DNA from: Spirosoma fluviale
GTDB taxonomy: Bacteria > Bacteroidota > Bacteroidia > Cytophagales > Cyclobacteriaceae
Length of the DNA stretch: 64,000 bases
Reading direction: 5' to 3'
NCBI GenBank assembly: GCA_945897085.1
Contig: CAMDEU010000002.1
Location: 4 to 64,003 of the forward strand
The position numbers were made by a program, and so were the translations under genes. Below, piece by piece: positions 25,353 through 35,270 of the stretch (the first letter of the stretch is position 1; every line of letters starts with the position of its first letter). The notes beneath the pieces were generated by a model. That model was not told the origin of the DNA. It did no database searches and worked only from the letters and a program-made list of their open reading frames with translations.

Positions 25353-26255
25353 CTAAAAAAAGAGATCCTGAGCCAATCGAAAAACTTGTGCATGGGCATC
25401 CACGATATCTCTGATTCGCTTCGAATAACCTCCTCCCATACAGCACATAATTGGGATTCCCTGGGCCCTAGCAGTTGAAAGCACCAGCCGATCACGAGCA
25501 TGTACACCTGCTAGCGTTAACGAAAGCCTACCCAACTGATCTGTTTCCAATACATCTACACCGCTTTGGTAAAGGATGAAATCAGGCTGTTCCAAATCCA
25601 TAATCCGCTTTAAATTCAGATCAAGGATTGACATGTAGGTAGCATCATCCGTCCCATCTGCTAATCCAATGTCTAGGTCAGAACTCTCCTTTCGATGGGG
25701 GTAGTTTTTTTCCCCATGCATACTGAAGGTGAAAACTAAAGGGTTATCACGAAAAAGTGTGGCTGTTCCATTTCCTTGATGCACATCAAGATCTACGATC
25801 AGGACCTTTCGGGCAATCTTGTACTTCAATAAATAATTGGCAGTAATAGCCAAATCATTTAAAATACAAAAACCTTCGCCTCTATTTGAAAAGGCATGGT
25901 GCGTTCCTCCAGCCACATTCATTCCAATTCCAAATTCCTTTGCATAGCGGGCAGCTTGCACAGATCCACCAGCAATACAAATTTCCCGTTCGATCAAGGG
26001 CATACTTAGCGGAAAACCAATCGCTCGGATTTCTGCTTTGGATAATTCCAGGTTTTTCAATCGAGTCAAATAGCCAGCTTCGTGGGTGGTCAGAATCAAC
26101 TCGTCTTCCACTGGCTGCGGTATGAAAAAATTCGAATCAGTTACCGTCCCTTCAAACAGCAATTGCTCAGGAAGCAAGCTGTATTTTTCCATTGGGAAAC
26201 GATGCCCTTCAGGTAATGGATGTGCAAAAATCGGTGAGAGGGCTATTTTCAGCAT
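25353..26255 (-). CDS. Histone deacetylase family Zn-dependent amidohydrolase
   Basis: HRFP, GGTHHA, GFC, DLDVHQGNGT and GGGY motifs. Confidence 0.93.
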   Translation of the reverse strand: MLKIALSPIFAHPLPEGHRFPMEKYSLLPEQLLFEGTVTDSNFFIPQPVEDELILTTHEAGYLTRLKNLELSKAEIRAIGFPLSMPLIEREICIAGGSVQAARYAKEFGIGMNVAGGTHHAFSNRGEGFCILNDLAITANYLLKYKIARKVLIVDLDVHQGNGTATLFRDNPLVFTFSMHGEKNYPHRKESSDLDIGLADGTDDATYMSILDLNLKRIMDLEQPDFILYQSGVDVLETDQLGRLSLTLAGVHARDRLVLSTARAQGIPIMCCMGGGYSKRIRDIVDAHAQVFRLAQDLFF

Positions 26256-26307
26256 AAAAAAAGCGCTAGTAGACTACTAACGCGATCTAATCAGTAAAGC
26301 TTTTGTA

Positions 26308-26877
26308 TTAACCTTCATCTTCAAAGTCTTCATCCTCAGTCATAAATGAATAGAGGGTGTCATCCAACGTTAAGGTGTCGTCATTGAATTCTTGAATAAA
26401 TTTCACAATCACATCCTCCTCTATTTCATCTACATTTAAGGACACATCCAAGCCAATCCCATAATCGTGGTGGGTATCGATGTCAAGAAATTCTTGAACC
26501 TTAACCGTTTCTTCTTCTTCCATCTCCATGATTAGTTCTGTGATGAACCAACCAATTTCCTCTTCTTCAGGGGTCAATGGCTTCATATTGCCATTTTCAT
26601 CTTCTTCGTAACTGATTGCTTTAAAATTGGGAAATTTTTTGGCAGCCTCATGCTCAGCCAATTCGTATACTTCACTGGCATGGTGGAGACGAAGGGTGTA
26701 GAGCGCAGTATCGAAAATTACTTCTTTTCCCTCGTAGGTACCTAAAAAATAAAAGTTGACGTATTCCTCTGAATTTTCTTCGTCAGGAATTATTTTGAAA
26801 GACATTCCGCTTTCTTGCAACTCTTTTTTGAGTTGGGTAATGGTTTCTGGGTCAAATCCTGGATTGGTTAAGCTCAT
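26308..26877 (-). CDS. Acidic hypothetical protein
   Basis: 189-aa Glu/Asp-rich ORF with ATG start, co-oriented with the HDAC gene. Confidence 0.75.
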   Translation of the reverse strand: MSLTNPGFDPETITQLKKELQESGMSFKIIPDEENSEEYVNFYFLGTYEGKEVIFDTALYTLRLHHASEVYELAEHEAAKKFPNFKAISYEEDENGNMKPLTPEEEEIGWFITELIMEMEEEETVKVQEFLDIDTHHDYGIGLDVSLNVDEIEEDVIVKFIQEFNDDTLTLDDTLYSFMTEDEDFEDEG

Positions 26878-26965
26878 CTGCGGTAGATTTTAAAATAGTG
26901 GTTGGAATTTTCAGTTTAAACGAATATGGAGGAATTCCAGTTATTAAAATAAGAAGAAACAAAAA

Positions 26966-27388
26966 ATGTTTCCAAAAAAAATAGATCAAGATTTTGTGAA
27001 GCTACTATTAAAGGAGGTGGAAGGGTTAAAACTGGAGTACAAACAAAAAATAAGTTCCCAGGAAAAGATAGCAAAAACCCTTTCGGCTATGTCCAATACA
27101 GTAGGAGGACTGATTTTGATTGGAATTTCAGATCAGCGGAAAATCATGGGGATTGATCCTGAAGAAGAACGATTCATGGTTAATGCTGCCAATGACTATT
27201 TTTGTGTACCAAAGGTTTCGCTTCAAACATACACGGTCACAATGAATCTTGAAAACCCGTTTGAAGAGGAAAAAAACATTTTGATAGTCCAGGTTCATCC
27301 AACTAGAGGGCCAAAAATTTTTGTAAAAAAGAAACAAGGTACCACCATAGCCTATTGCAGGATTGGAAACCAAAATAAGATTATTTAA
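26966..27388 (+). CDS. Stand-alone Schlafen/AlbA_2 domain protein
   Basis: EGLKLEYK...AMSNTVGGLILIGISD pattern and YCRIG. Confidence 0.8.
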   Translation: MFPKKIDQDFVKLLLKEVEGLKLEYKQKISSQEKIAKTLSAMSNTVGGLILIGISDQRKIMGIDPEEERFMVNAANDYFCVPKVSLQTYTVTMNLENPFEEEKNILIVQVHPTRGPKIFVKKKQGTTIAYCRIGNQNKII

Positions 27389-27557
27389 AAAATAATTTTG
27401 GGAAGAAATTTGGGTTTATTCCAAAGAATAGGGTGATCCAAAAATTAGATCATTATACAGTCCAAAATTAAAATTTCGATTTCCCTTCCAAGGCTGTCAA
27501 TCAAAAGCTTTCAAAAAAAGCATTAGATAAATTTTCTTTTAAGTCGAGTCCTTCTTC

Positions 27558-27565
27558 TATATTTG
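27558..27565 (+). promoter_or_regulatory. Bacteroidota -7 box
   Basis: TATATTTG overlaps the ORF-track start at 27563, which implies a later start codon. Confidence 0.55.
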
Positions 27566-27589
27566 TTTAACTATAAAACTTCATCTCAA

Positions 27590-28339
27590 TTGATTCTAAT
27601 CATTTTATTTCTTCTGCACTGGTATTTTTCCTTATTCTGTCAGAGCTTTTTTCTCCATCGCTACGCAGCGCATCAAATGTTTGTCATGAATCCCTATTGG
27701 GAAAAGTTTTTTTATTTTTTCACTTGGTTATGGCAAGGCAGTTCCTATCTCTCCCCTAGAGCTTACGCCATTTTGCACCGCATGCATCATGCGTATTCGG
27801 ACACCCCTCAAGATCCGCATAGCCCACATCATTCAGAAAATCTTTTTTCGATGATGTGGAAGACCAAAAATATTTACAACGACTATTTTAGCTTTAAACT
27901 AAAGCCAGAGGATCGGTTTTTGAAGGACATTCCGGATTGGAATAAATTCGATCGTTTTGCAGATAGTATGCTAGTCCGACTGGCTTGGGGAATATTCTAT
28001 GTTGCTATTTATATTGCATGCATATCTTATTTTGAACTAGCAGGCACGCATTGGTTGATGTATTTCTTGTTGCCAATTCACTTTTTGATGGGACCTGTTC
28101 ATGGAGCTATCGTCAATTGGAGCGGGCATAAGTATGGGTACTCCAATTTTGATAACAATGACAAATCAAAAAATTCGCTTTTACTCGACGTTTTGATGCT
28201 GGGTGAATTGTTTCAAAACAACCACCATAAACTTCCAAACCGTGCCAATTTCGCGGTTAAATGGTATGAATTTGACCCTACCTACCCCATTGTAAAGCTT
28301 TTGCATTCGACAGGTATAATTAAGCTGAGAGCGGCTTAA
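27590..28339 (+). CDS. Membrane acyl-CoA (delta-9-type) fatty acid desaturase
   Basis: His boxes HRYAAH, HRMHH and NNHH, plus DPHSP and EFDPT. Probable TTG start at 27590. Confidence 0.9.
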   Translation: MILIILFLLHWYFSLFCQSFFLHRYAAHQMFVMNPYWEKFFYFFTWLWQGSSYLSPRAYAILHRMHHAYSDTPQDPHSPHHSENLFSMMWKTKNIYNDYFSFKLKPEDRFLKDIPDWNKFDRFADSMLVRLAWGIFYVAIYIACISYFELAGTHWLMYFLLPIHFLMGPVHGAIVNWSGHKYGYSNFDNNDKSKNSLLLDVLMLGELFQNNHHKLPNRANFAVKWYEFDPTYPIVKLLHSTGIIKLRAA

Positions 28340-28356
28340 CTCAACCCACCACTTAG

Positions 28357-28395
28357 AAGGGGTGTTTCTAGCTTGGGATCACCCCTTTTATTTTT
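28357..28395 (+). terminator. Intrinsic terminator
   Basis: AAGGGGTG...CACCCCTT stem followed by T-runs, after the desaturase stop codon. Confidence 0.65.
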
Positions 28396-28505
28396 AAAAA
28401 CTAGGAGCTCCAGTTTGAGGAGTAAATCCAATAACTAGGATGAAAAAGTAGCGGAGCATTTTAAGTTGAATTGTTTCAATAATTTCCTTCCTACTTTCAA
28501 GCGTT

Positions 28506-28513
28506 TATATTTG
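28506..28513 (+). promoter_or_regulatory. Bacteroidota -7 box of tyrS
   Basis: TATATTTG, 24 nt before ATG 28538. Confidence 0.6.
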
Positions 28514-28537
28514 TAGCCTTATCCCACTACCCAACAG

Positions 28538-29833
28538 ATGAATTCATTTATCCAAGAATTGAAATGGAGAGGAATGCTCCAAGACATGACACCAGAATTA
28601 GAAGAGCACCTTGCAAAAGGAATGGCTTCTGCTTATCTGGGTTTTGATCCTACTGCAGACTCGCTTCATATTGGTCACTTGGTTGGGGTGATGACCTTAT
28701 TGCATTTTCAGCGAGCAGGTCACCAGCCAGTTGCACTTGTAGGTGGTGCTACAGGGATGATTGGAGATCCATCGTTTAAGTCTTCGGAAAGAAATTTATT
28801 AGACAAGCCTGCCCTAGATCACAATGGGGCTTGTATTCAAAGGCAACTCGCCAAATTTTTGGATTTTTCTGGCAATCAGAAAAATAATGCTAGCCTAGTA
28901 AATAACTACGACTGGATCTCTGAATTTACCTTTTTGGACTTTATTCGCGATGTAGGAAAGCACATTACAGTCAACTACATGATGTCCAAGGATAGTGTAA
29001 AAAGACGCCTAGAAGATGGAAATGGGCTTTCATTTACAGAGTTTAGCTACCAATTGATTCAAGGATACGATTTCTACCACCTTTGGAAAAATGAAAACTG
29101 CACCATTCAATTGGGTGGATCTGACCAATGGGGAAATATTGTAACAGGGACAGAATTAATCCGCCGAATGGGTGCTGGAAGCGCATTTGCATTGACTGTT
29201 CCCTTGATTACAAAGGCAGATGGTACCAAGTTTGGAAAAACTGAAGGTGGTTCGGTATGGCTAGATCCAGAGAAAACCTCTCCCTACGCTTTTTATCAAT
29301 TTTGGTTGAATGTATCCGATGCCGATGCTTCCAAATACATTCGAATTTTCACGGTGCTCGACCAGCATGCAGTTGAAAAATTAGAAAAAGAACATGCCGA
29401 AGCACCGCATTTACGTATTTTGCAAAAAGAAATTGCCAAAGAAATAACCTGCATGGTACATAGCAAAGAAGATTACGAAATGGCAATTAAAGCCTCTGAG
29501 ATTCTTTTTGGCAAATCCTCAACTGAAGACTTAGCATCTCTAGATGAGCGAACCTTTTTGGCAGTATTTGAGGGGGTTCCTCAAGTTCAATTGAGCTATT
29601 CAATCTTCTCTCAACTTGAAAATGTACTCGATCTACTCGGAGAAAAGACCGATTTTCAGCTTTTCCTCTCTAAAGGTGAAGCACGAAAGATGATTCTTGG
29701 CGGTGGTGTCAGCATCAACAAGGAAAAAGTTGAAGATCCCCAAGCTTCAATAGCCTACGCCCTTCTTCAAGGGAAATACTTGCTGGTTCAAAAAGGAAAG
29801 AAAAATTATGTGATTGTAGAGGTAATATCCTAA
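28538..29833 (+). CDS. tyrS: Tyrosine--tRNA ligase
   Basis: [31 protein letters not shown] and a C-terminal S4-like domain. Confidence 0.98.
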   Translation: MNSFIQELKWRGMLQDMTPELEEHLAKGMASAYLGFDPTADSLHIGHLVGVMTLLHFQRAGHQPVALVGGATGMIGDPSFKSSERNLLDKPALDHNGACIQRQLAKFLDFSGNQKNNASLVNNYDWISEFTFLDFIRDVGKHITVNYMMSKDSVKRRLEDGNGLSFTEFSYQLIQGYDFYHLWKNENCTIQLGGSDQWGNIVTGTELIRRMGAGSAFALTVPLITKADGTKFGKTEGGSVWLDPEKTSPYAFYQFWLNVSDADASKYIRIFTVLDQHAVEKLEKEHAEAPHLRILQKEIAKEITCMVHSKEDYEMAIKASEILFGKSSTEDLASLDERTFLAVFEGVPQVQLSYSIFSQLENVLDLLGEKTDFQLFLSKGEARKMILGGGVSINKEKVEDPQASIAYALLQGKYLLVQKGKKNYVIVEVIS

Positions 29834-29959
29834 TCCATGTTTTCTGGTCGGATCAAATAAAAATTTAATTAGTTAATATTATTTGACCTGAGTTCAGTTC
29901 TTACTTTTTAACCAAGATTTAATACATTTGAAATTGGTCAACTTATCAACTTATCCAAA

Positions 29960-30655
29960 ATGGCTGGCGAAAAAAATAAAGAAAAACTAATCTTAGATGC
30001 TGCAATAGCCTTATTCACTACTCAGGGCTTTACTGCCACCCGCATGGAGGATGTTTCCAAAAAAGCTGGGATTAGTAAAGGCTTAACCTATTTTTATTAC
30101 AAGAATAAAGAGGACCTCTTTATGGCCCTTACCAAGAAGGCCTTTGAACAACTAAAAGATGAGTTTAGAGATGCGCTCCGCGCCAAGGGCAAAACTGGAT
30201 TGGAAATGCTTACCGATCTGGTCCAACGCATCTGGCAGTTTTCCAAAAAGCATCCCGTATACTACCAATCCATTATTCATTTTTTGGACTTACTAAAAAA
30301 ATATACATCTCCCGAGTTAAAATCACAAATCAATCCATTGATTTTAGATTCTATACATTTTCATAAACTTTTGGAGCTTCAATTAGAGCCAATCCGATTT
30401 GGAATTCAAATCGTCTCTCAAGGAATAAAAGATGGGAGTATTCGACCAGAATTACAACCAGAAATCACATTTTATACCATCTGGAGCATGGTTCTGGGCT
30501 ATGAAAAAATGGAAGGCCCCATTTCTTTTGAAGGAAAGGAAACCAAAATAAGCCATGAAGCATGGCAGCGTGGGTTTCTTAAATTAATGCAAGAAATGCT
30601 AAAAGGAACTATTCAGGTTACGAAGCCACAGGTGGTGCAAGCAAGTTTATTTTAA
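29960..30655 (+). CDS. TetR/AcrR family transcriptional regulator
   Basis: N-terminal HTH GFTATRMEDVSKKAGISKGLTYFYYKNKEDL. A TACATTTG -7 box lies at 29923-29930. Confidence 0.92.
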   Translation: MAGEKNKEKLILDAAIALFTTQGFTATRMEDVSKKAGISKGLTYFYYKNKEDLFMALTKKAFEQLKDEFRDALRAKGKTGLEMLTDLVQRIWQFSKKHPVYYQSIIHFLDLLKKYTSPELKSQINPLILDSIHFHKLLELQLEPIRFGIQIVSQGIKDGSIRPELQPEITFYTIWSMVLGYEKMEGPISFEGKETKISHEAWQRGFLKLMQEMLKGTIQVTKPQVVQASLF

Positions 30656-30680
30656 AAAAGGGGCGAAAGCCCCTTTTTTT
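30654..30680. terminator. Bidirectional intrinsic terminator
   Basis: AAAAAAGGGGC-GAAA-GCCCCTTTTTTT between convergent genes. Confidence 0.9.
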
Positions 30681-31101
30681 ATCTGCTTTTCCACAATTCT
30701 TTTAACTGCTTTCCATTGATAAGCAATACGAAACGGATTGGGTTAGGGATCAAAACAATACGCAAGTCCACTTTGCCTAGCTCGTCCGATTCAATAGGCA
30801 CACCCTGATTGCCACTAACCTCATAGGTGATACTCCCTTTTGCATCCGAAAGCATTTCCTGGTAGTGATTAGCCAAGTACGCTGTGGGCAATAAAACATC
30901 CGAGTCTGACTTTAACTTCGTGTAAATCTTCTCTAATTCGGGAGCTAAAACCTCCTCGTGATTTTCGTTGAAGTCGTCCTCAAGATCATGCAATTGCTCC
31001 TCTAAATCATCGTAGTTCTCATCACTATATTCCAAGGCACTTAGCTGATTCCTTTGTTGAACAATTTCTGTAAGCTCCTGGTCTATTTTTTCCCAATTCA
31101 T
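30679..31101 (-). CDS. Hypothetical protein
   Basis: 140-aa ORF with an acidic helical N-terminus (YDDLEEQLHDLEDDF). Confidence 0.75.
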   Translation of the reverse strand: MNWEKIDQELTEIVQQRNQLSALEYSDENYDDLEEQLHDLEDDFNENHEEVLAPELEKIYTKLKSDSDVLLPTAYLANHYQEMLSDAKGSITYEVSGNQGVPIESDELGKVDLRIVLIPNPIRFVLLINGKQLKELWKSR

Positions 31102-31175
31102 GGTTGATCTCTTGATTGATTGTTTGACTACAAATATGGCGATAATCCTAAAATTAGCGATTCAAATTAATGCAA

Positions 31176-32147
31176 CTATTCACTTATGAGGAGGATTTTT
31201 CCATTTCTTCCTGCTTGTTCATAGGCGTCTAATGCCGCTTTAAACTCAGAAAGTGGGTAGGTTGCTGCTACATCTACCTTGGAGTTATCCTGCATCAAAA
31301 ACCCAAAAACACGTTGGAAAGCTTTCATTCGCTGTTCCGCAGGGAGCTCTTCAATCCAGGTACTTAGCCAGAATCCATCGATTCGTAGATTTTTAAATAT
31401 TAGCAAGCCGCTATTAATGGATAGGTTTTCTAAGGATAAGGCTCCAAATACCATCATTCTGCCCTTTTGCTTCAGACAAGACAAGGCCTTCACTCCCAAT
31501 TCCCCTCCTACCGCATCAAAAACCACATTCACTCCTACCTCAGTTTTTCCGAAGATTACTTTTGCCAATTTCTCTGTTGCTGTATTGATCACCAGCTCAG
31601 CACCTAAATCCAGCAACAATTGCTTTTGGGATTCATGACGAACAGTTGCCACCACACGGATACCCTTCGCTTTGGCCATCTGTATGGCAAACTTGCCAAA
31701 GGCTGAAGCACCAGCAGTAAGCATTAACCACTGGCCAGCTTCTAGTCCAGAATCTTCAATCATGCCATAGGCAGTCATTGGATTGACAAAGGCCTGACAG
31801 GCTACCTCATCCGGCATTTTAGCAGGAACGGGTATCACCAAAGCAGCTGGAACACAGACATATTCTTTCCAAGTACCAATAGCAGTAAACATCACTCGAG
31901 TACCTGCAGGTACTTTTCCAGCTTCATCCGCTTTTTCTACAACTCCACATGCCTCAAAACCTGCACTGCTTGGCAGTTTGGGTGTTATCCCATACATGCC
32001 ACGAACAAACATAATATCGGAAGGATTGATATTTCTAGCAGTTACCCGTATCAATACCTCATGTGCCTTAGCTTGAGGCATTTCACTTTCTTTGAGATAC
32101 AAGACTTCCTGAGGCGTACCCGTTTGATCAAAAATTAATTCTTTCAT
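31176..32147 (-). CDS. MDR superfamily NADPH oxidoreductase (enoyl-thioester reductase-like)
   Basis: INPSD, GFEACG, VNPMTAY, DAVGG and GFWL motifs; ATG 32147. Confidence 0.88.
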   Translation of the reverse strand: MKELIFDQTGTPQEVLYLKESEMPQAKAHEVLIRVTARNINPSDIMFVRGMYGITPKLPSSAGFEACGVVEKADEAGKVPAGTRVMFTAIGTWKEYVCVPAALVIPVPAKMPDEVACQAFVNPMTAYGMIEDSGLEAGQWLMLTAGASAFGKFAIQMAKAKGIRVVATVRHESQKQLLLDLGAELVINTATEKLAKVIFGKTEVGVNVVFDAVGGELGVKALSCLKQKGRMMVFGALSLENLSINSGLLIFKNLRIDGFWLSTWIEELPAEQRMKAFQRVFGFLMQDNSKVDVAATYPLSEFKAALDAYEQAGRNGKILLISE

Positions 32148-32258
32148 GTGCTCGTTAAAAGGATAAAATGAGGGATATAATTTCAAATTGCTTGGGCCAC
32201 AAGTTACAGCATGGCCATATTTTTCCTATCTTTTGGAAGAAAAATAACCCCAAAACAC

Positions 32259-33026
32259 ATGGATTTATCTTCAGTTTTTTCTTTGGATGGAAAAGTAGCT
32301 CTGATTACTGGAGCAAGTAAAGGAATAGGATTTAGCATTGCAGAAATCTTCGCTGCTGCAGGAGCAAAAGTAGTCATCAGCAGTAGAAAACAAGATGTGC
32401 TCGATGAACAAGCCCTTCAGCTCAATTCTAAAGGCTATGAAGTTACCGGAATCGCATGCAATGTGGGAAACATGAACGAGCTCCCAATACTTGTTGAAAA
32501 AACAGTTGAAAAATACGGGACCATCGACATCCTCATAAATAATGCCGCTAGTAACCCTGTTTTTGGACCTGTACACGAAACTACCCTAGAGGCCTTCGAT
32601 AAAATCATGAATGTCAATGTCAAGGCAGCATTTGAGCTTTGTAGACTTTGTTACCCCCACTTGAGAAAATCTTCCGGTGCATCTGTAATCAACATTTCAA
32701 GCATTGGGGGCTTGTCGCCTGAACAAGGTCTTGGGATCTACTCGGTTTCTAAAGCTGCATTGATCTCGTTGACCAAAGTTTTTGCCAAAGAATGGGGAGA
32801 TTCAAAGATTCGTGTAAATGCAATTTGCCCTGGCCTTATCCAAACAAAATTCTCTGAGGCACTTTGGTCCAATGAAAAAATCATGTCCATGATTATCAAA
32901 CAATTGGCCATTAAACGAGCGGGAACAGCGGAAGAGATTGGAGCAATGGCCTTATTTCTAGCCTCTGCTGCATCCACCTACACCACTGGAGCGATTTTAA
33001 CGGCCGATGGAGGCTTTACCATTTGA
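32259..33026 (+). CDS. SDR family oxidoreductase (DHRS4-like)
   Basis: TGASKGIG, NNAASNP, YSVSK and PGLIQTKFS motifs; ATG 32259. Confidence 0.93.
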   Translation: MDLSSVFSLDGKVALITGASKGIGFSIAEIFAAAGAKVVISSRKQDVLDEQALQLNSKGYEVTGIACNVGNMNELPILVEKTVEKYGTIDILINNAASNPVFGPVHETTLEAFDKIMNVNVKAAFELCRLCYPHLRKSSGASVINISSIGGLSPEQGLGIYSVSKAALISLTKVFAKEWGDSKIRVNAICPGLIQTKFSEALWSNEKIMSMIIKQLAIKRAGTAEEIGAMALFLASAASTYTTGAILTADGGFTI

Positions 33027-33031
33027 GAAAC

Positions 33032-34240
33032 ATGAAGTCGACACAAGAAATTACCTCAGAACAACTGCAGCAACTCCTTATTGCCTACCGGCAGTTTGTG
33101 GCACAGGAAATCTTCCCTATAGACCTGCAGGTAGTCAAAGGACCCTTCAAACAGTATTTACCCCAGCTTCAAGCACTTCGTGAACAAGCAAAGTCCCTTG
33201 GACTTTTTGCCCCTCACCTTCCCAAAAACGAAGGGGGGCTGGGATTGAATCTTCTTCAATTTGCCCATGTCTCTGAAATTTTAGGCCAAAGCCCAATTGG
33301 ACATTACATTTTTAACTGTGCTGCTCCAGATATCGGCAATATGGAGCTACTTCACCAGTTTGGATCTGAACAGCAAAAAGCCAAGTGGCTTGGCCCCCTG
33401 CAACGAGGCGAAATCCGCTCTTGCTTTGCCATGACCGAACCAGAATTTGCAGGAAGTAACCCAGTAAATATGGCTACCACTGCAGTCATAGATGGGGAAG
33501 ACTACCTCATTCAAGGGCACAAATGGTTTACCACTGCAGCCGATGGCGCTAAATTCACTATTGTTATGGCGGTAACGAACCCAAATGCGCCCTCTCCCTA
33601 CCAGAAGGCAAGCATGATCCTACTTCCTTTGGATACGCCTGGCTATACCTTGGTCCGCAACATTCCCATTATGGGGGAAGCAGGGGAAGATTACCTTTCC
33701 CATGCTGAAGTGAAATTTGAGCAATGTAGAGTTCCTGTAACCAATCGCATTGGACTAGAAGGCCAAGGATTTGCACTGGCACAAGAACGCCTAGGTCCTG
33801 GGCGAATCCACCATTGCATGCGTTGGATTGGGATTTGCGAACGCGTATTTGACATGATGTGCAAGCGAGCCCTTTCTCGAGAACTCGAGGTAGGTAAAGT
33901 TTTGGCCGAAAAACAAACGGTCCAAAATTGGATTGCTGAAAGTCGAGCAGAAATCAAAGCCAGCCGTCTGATGGTCTTGGATACGGCTCAAAAGATGCAG
34001 GAATTCGGAGCGAAAGCTGTAAAAGAAGATATCTCCACCATCAAATTTTTTGTTGCAGATGTTCTCATGAAAGTAATTGATAGAGCCATCCAAGTACATG
34101 GGGCACTGGGAATCACCGATGATACCCTTCTCTCCTTTTGGTATCGACACGAGCGTGGTGCACGAATCTACGATGGGCCTGATGAGGTGCATAAATCAGC
34201 CTTAGCAAGAAGCATTCTTAAAAATTACAGCAGTAAATGA
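33032..34240 (+). CDS. Acyl-CoA dehydrogenase (ACAD10/11-, LvaC-like)
   Basis: FNCAAPDIGNME, FAMTEP, RLGPGRIHHCMR and RIYDGPDEVH motifs. Confidence 0.92.
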   Translation: MKSTQEITSEQLQQLLIAYRQFVAQEIFPIDLQVVKGPFKQYLPQLQALREQAKSLGLFAPHLPKNEGGLGLNLLQFAHVSEILGQSPIGHYIFNCAAPDIGNMELLHQFGSEQQKAKWLGPLQRGEIRSCFAMTEPEFAGSNPVNMATTAVIDGEDYLIQGHKWFTTAADGAKFTIVMAVTNPNAPSPYQKASMILLPLDTPGYTLVRNIPIMGEAGEDYLSHAEVKFEQCRVPVTNRIGLEGQGFALAQERLGPGRIHHCMRWIGICERVFDMMCKRALSRELEVGKVLAEKQTVQNWIAESRAEIKASRLMVLDTAQKMQEFGAKAVKEDISTIKFFVADVLMKVIDRAIQVHGALGITDDTLLSFWYRHERGARIYDGPDEVHKSALARSILKNYSSK

Positions 34241-35265
34241 GTAGCACCTTGAATTTTGATTTGCTGAGAGAATATTTGGCTGCCAATCTAACCTGTTCCG
34301 CTGAGCAAATCCAAGTGGATCAACTTCCTGGAGGCTATTCCAACCTGAGCTTTTTGGTGCAAAGTCCAACTGGAAAACTCATCTTGAGGCGGCCTCCTTT
34401 TGGTGAAAAAATCGCCAAAGCCCATGACATGGAAAGAGAGTTTAAAATTCTCCATGGCTTAAAAATGGCCGGATATACCAAGAGCCCCAACCCCATTCTT
34501 CTTTGTGAGGAGGAATCCATTTTTGGAGCCCCCTTTTTTTTAATGGAATTTGTCGAAGGTGCAATTTTAAGAAACCAGGTACCCAAAGGATTGACTCTTG
34601 GAGGAAAGGAGTTTGAGAAGCTTTCGAGAAGTGCAGTTGACTGTTTGGTTGACCTCCATCAGTTGGAACTTCAGGATTCAGGACTTATTCAGTTGGGTAA
34701 GCCAGAAGGCTTTACCCAACGGCAAGTAACCGGATGGGTGGAGCGGTACTTTCGAGCCAAAACAAACGAATTGCCTGAGCTTGAAATTGCAGCTACCTGG
34801 CTCCAGGAAAACATTCCTTCAACAGAGTACACGGCCTTTATTCACAACGACTTTAAATACGATAATTTAGTTTTAGATCCTGATGATCCCTGCAGTATCC
34901 GAAGTGTATTGGATTGGGAGATGGCCACAATTGGCAATCCACTGATGGATTTAGGAACTAGCCTTGCTTATTGGGCAGAAGAAAAAGATCCAGAAATCCT
35001 CAAGCTATTTAATTTGAGTCACCTACCTGGTAACCTCACCCGGGAAGAGCTGATGGACTACTATTTTTCAAAAGCCGCAGGATCCAAGGAAGAAATGATC
35101 TTTTATTATGTTTTTGGACTTTTTAAAGTTGCAGTAATCGCTCAGCAAATCTTTAAAAGATATTCCCAAGGCCATTCTAGCGATGCTAGATTTGCACAAC
35201 TAATCCATGTAGTAGAAGCTGCAGGTAAAAAAGCGATACAAACCCTTCAAAAAAATCAACTCTAA
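34237..35265 (+). CDS. Phosphotransferase (APH/ACAD10-11 kinase domain, LvaA-like)
   Basis: GGYSN, LRRPP, AHDMERE, HNDFKYDN and LDWEMATIGNPLMDL motifs. ATGA overlap with the ACAD gene. Confidence 0.9.
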   Translation: MSSTLNFDLLREYLAANLTCSAEQIQVDQLPGGYSNLSFLVQSPTGKLILRRPPFGEKIAKAHDMEREFKILHGLKMAGYTKSPNPILLCEEESIFGAPFFLMEFVEGAILRNQVPKGLTLGGKEFEKLSRSAVDCLVDLHQLELQDSGLIQLGKPEGFTQRQVTGWVERYFRAKTNELPELEIAATWLQENIPSTEYTAFIHNDFKYDNLVLDPDDPCSIRSVLDWEMATIGNPLMDLGTSLAYWAEEKDPEILKLFNLSHLPGNLTREELMDYYFSKAAGSKEEMIFYYVFGLFKVAVIAQQIFKRYSQGHSSDARFAQLIHVVEAAGKKAIQTLQKNQL

Positions 35266-35270
35266 TTCAA

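Noticed and set aside
28357-28395. Possible dispersed REP copy (GGGGTG...CTAG)
   Set aside because: The CTAG spacing is wrong and there is no 5-3-5 hairpin. An ordinary terminator explains it better.
29883-29955. TetR operator candidates (TTGACC..., TTGAAATTGGTCAA) and a short AACTTATC tandem
   Set aside because: The palindromes are imperfect with inconsistent spacing and cannot be supported without comparative data.
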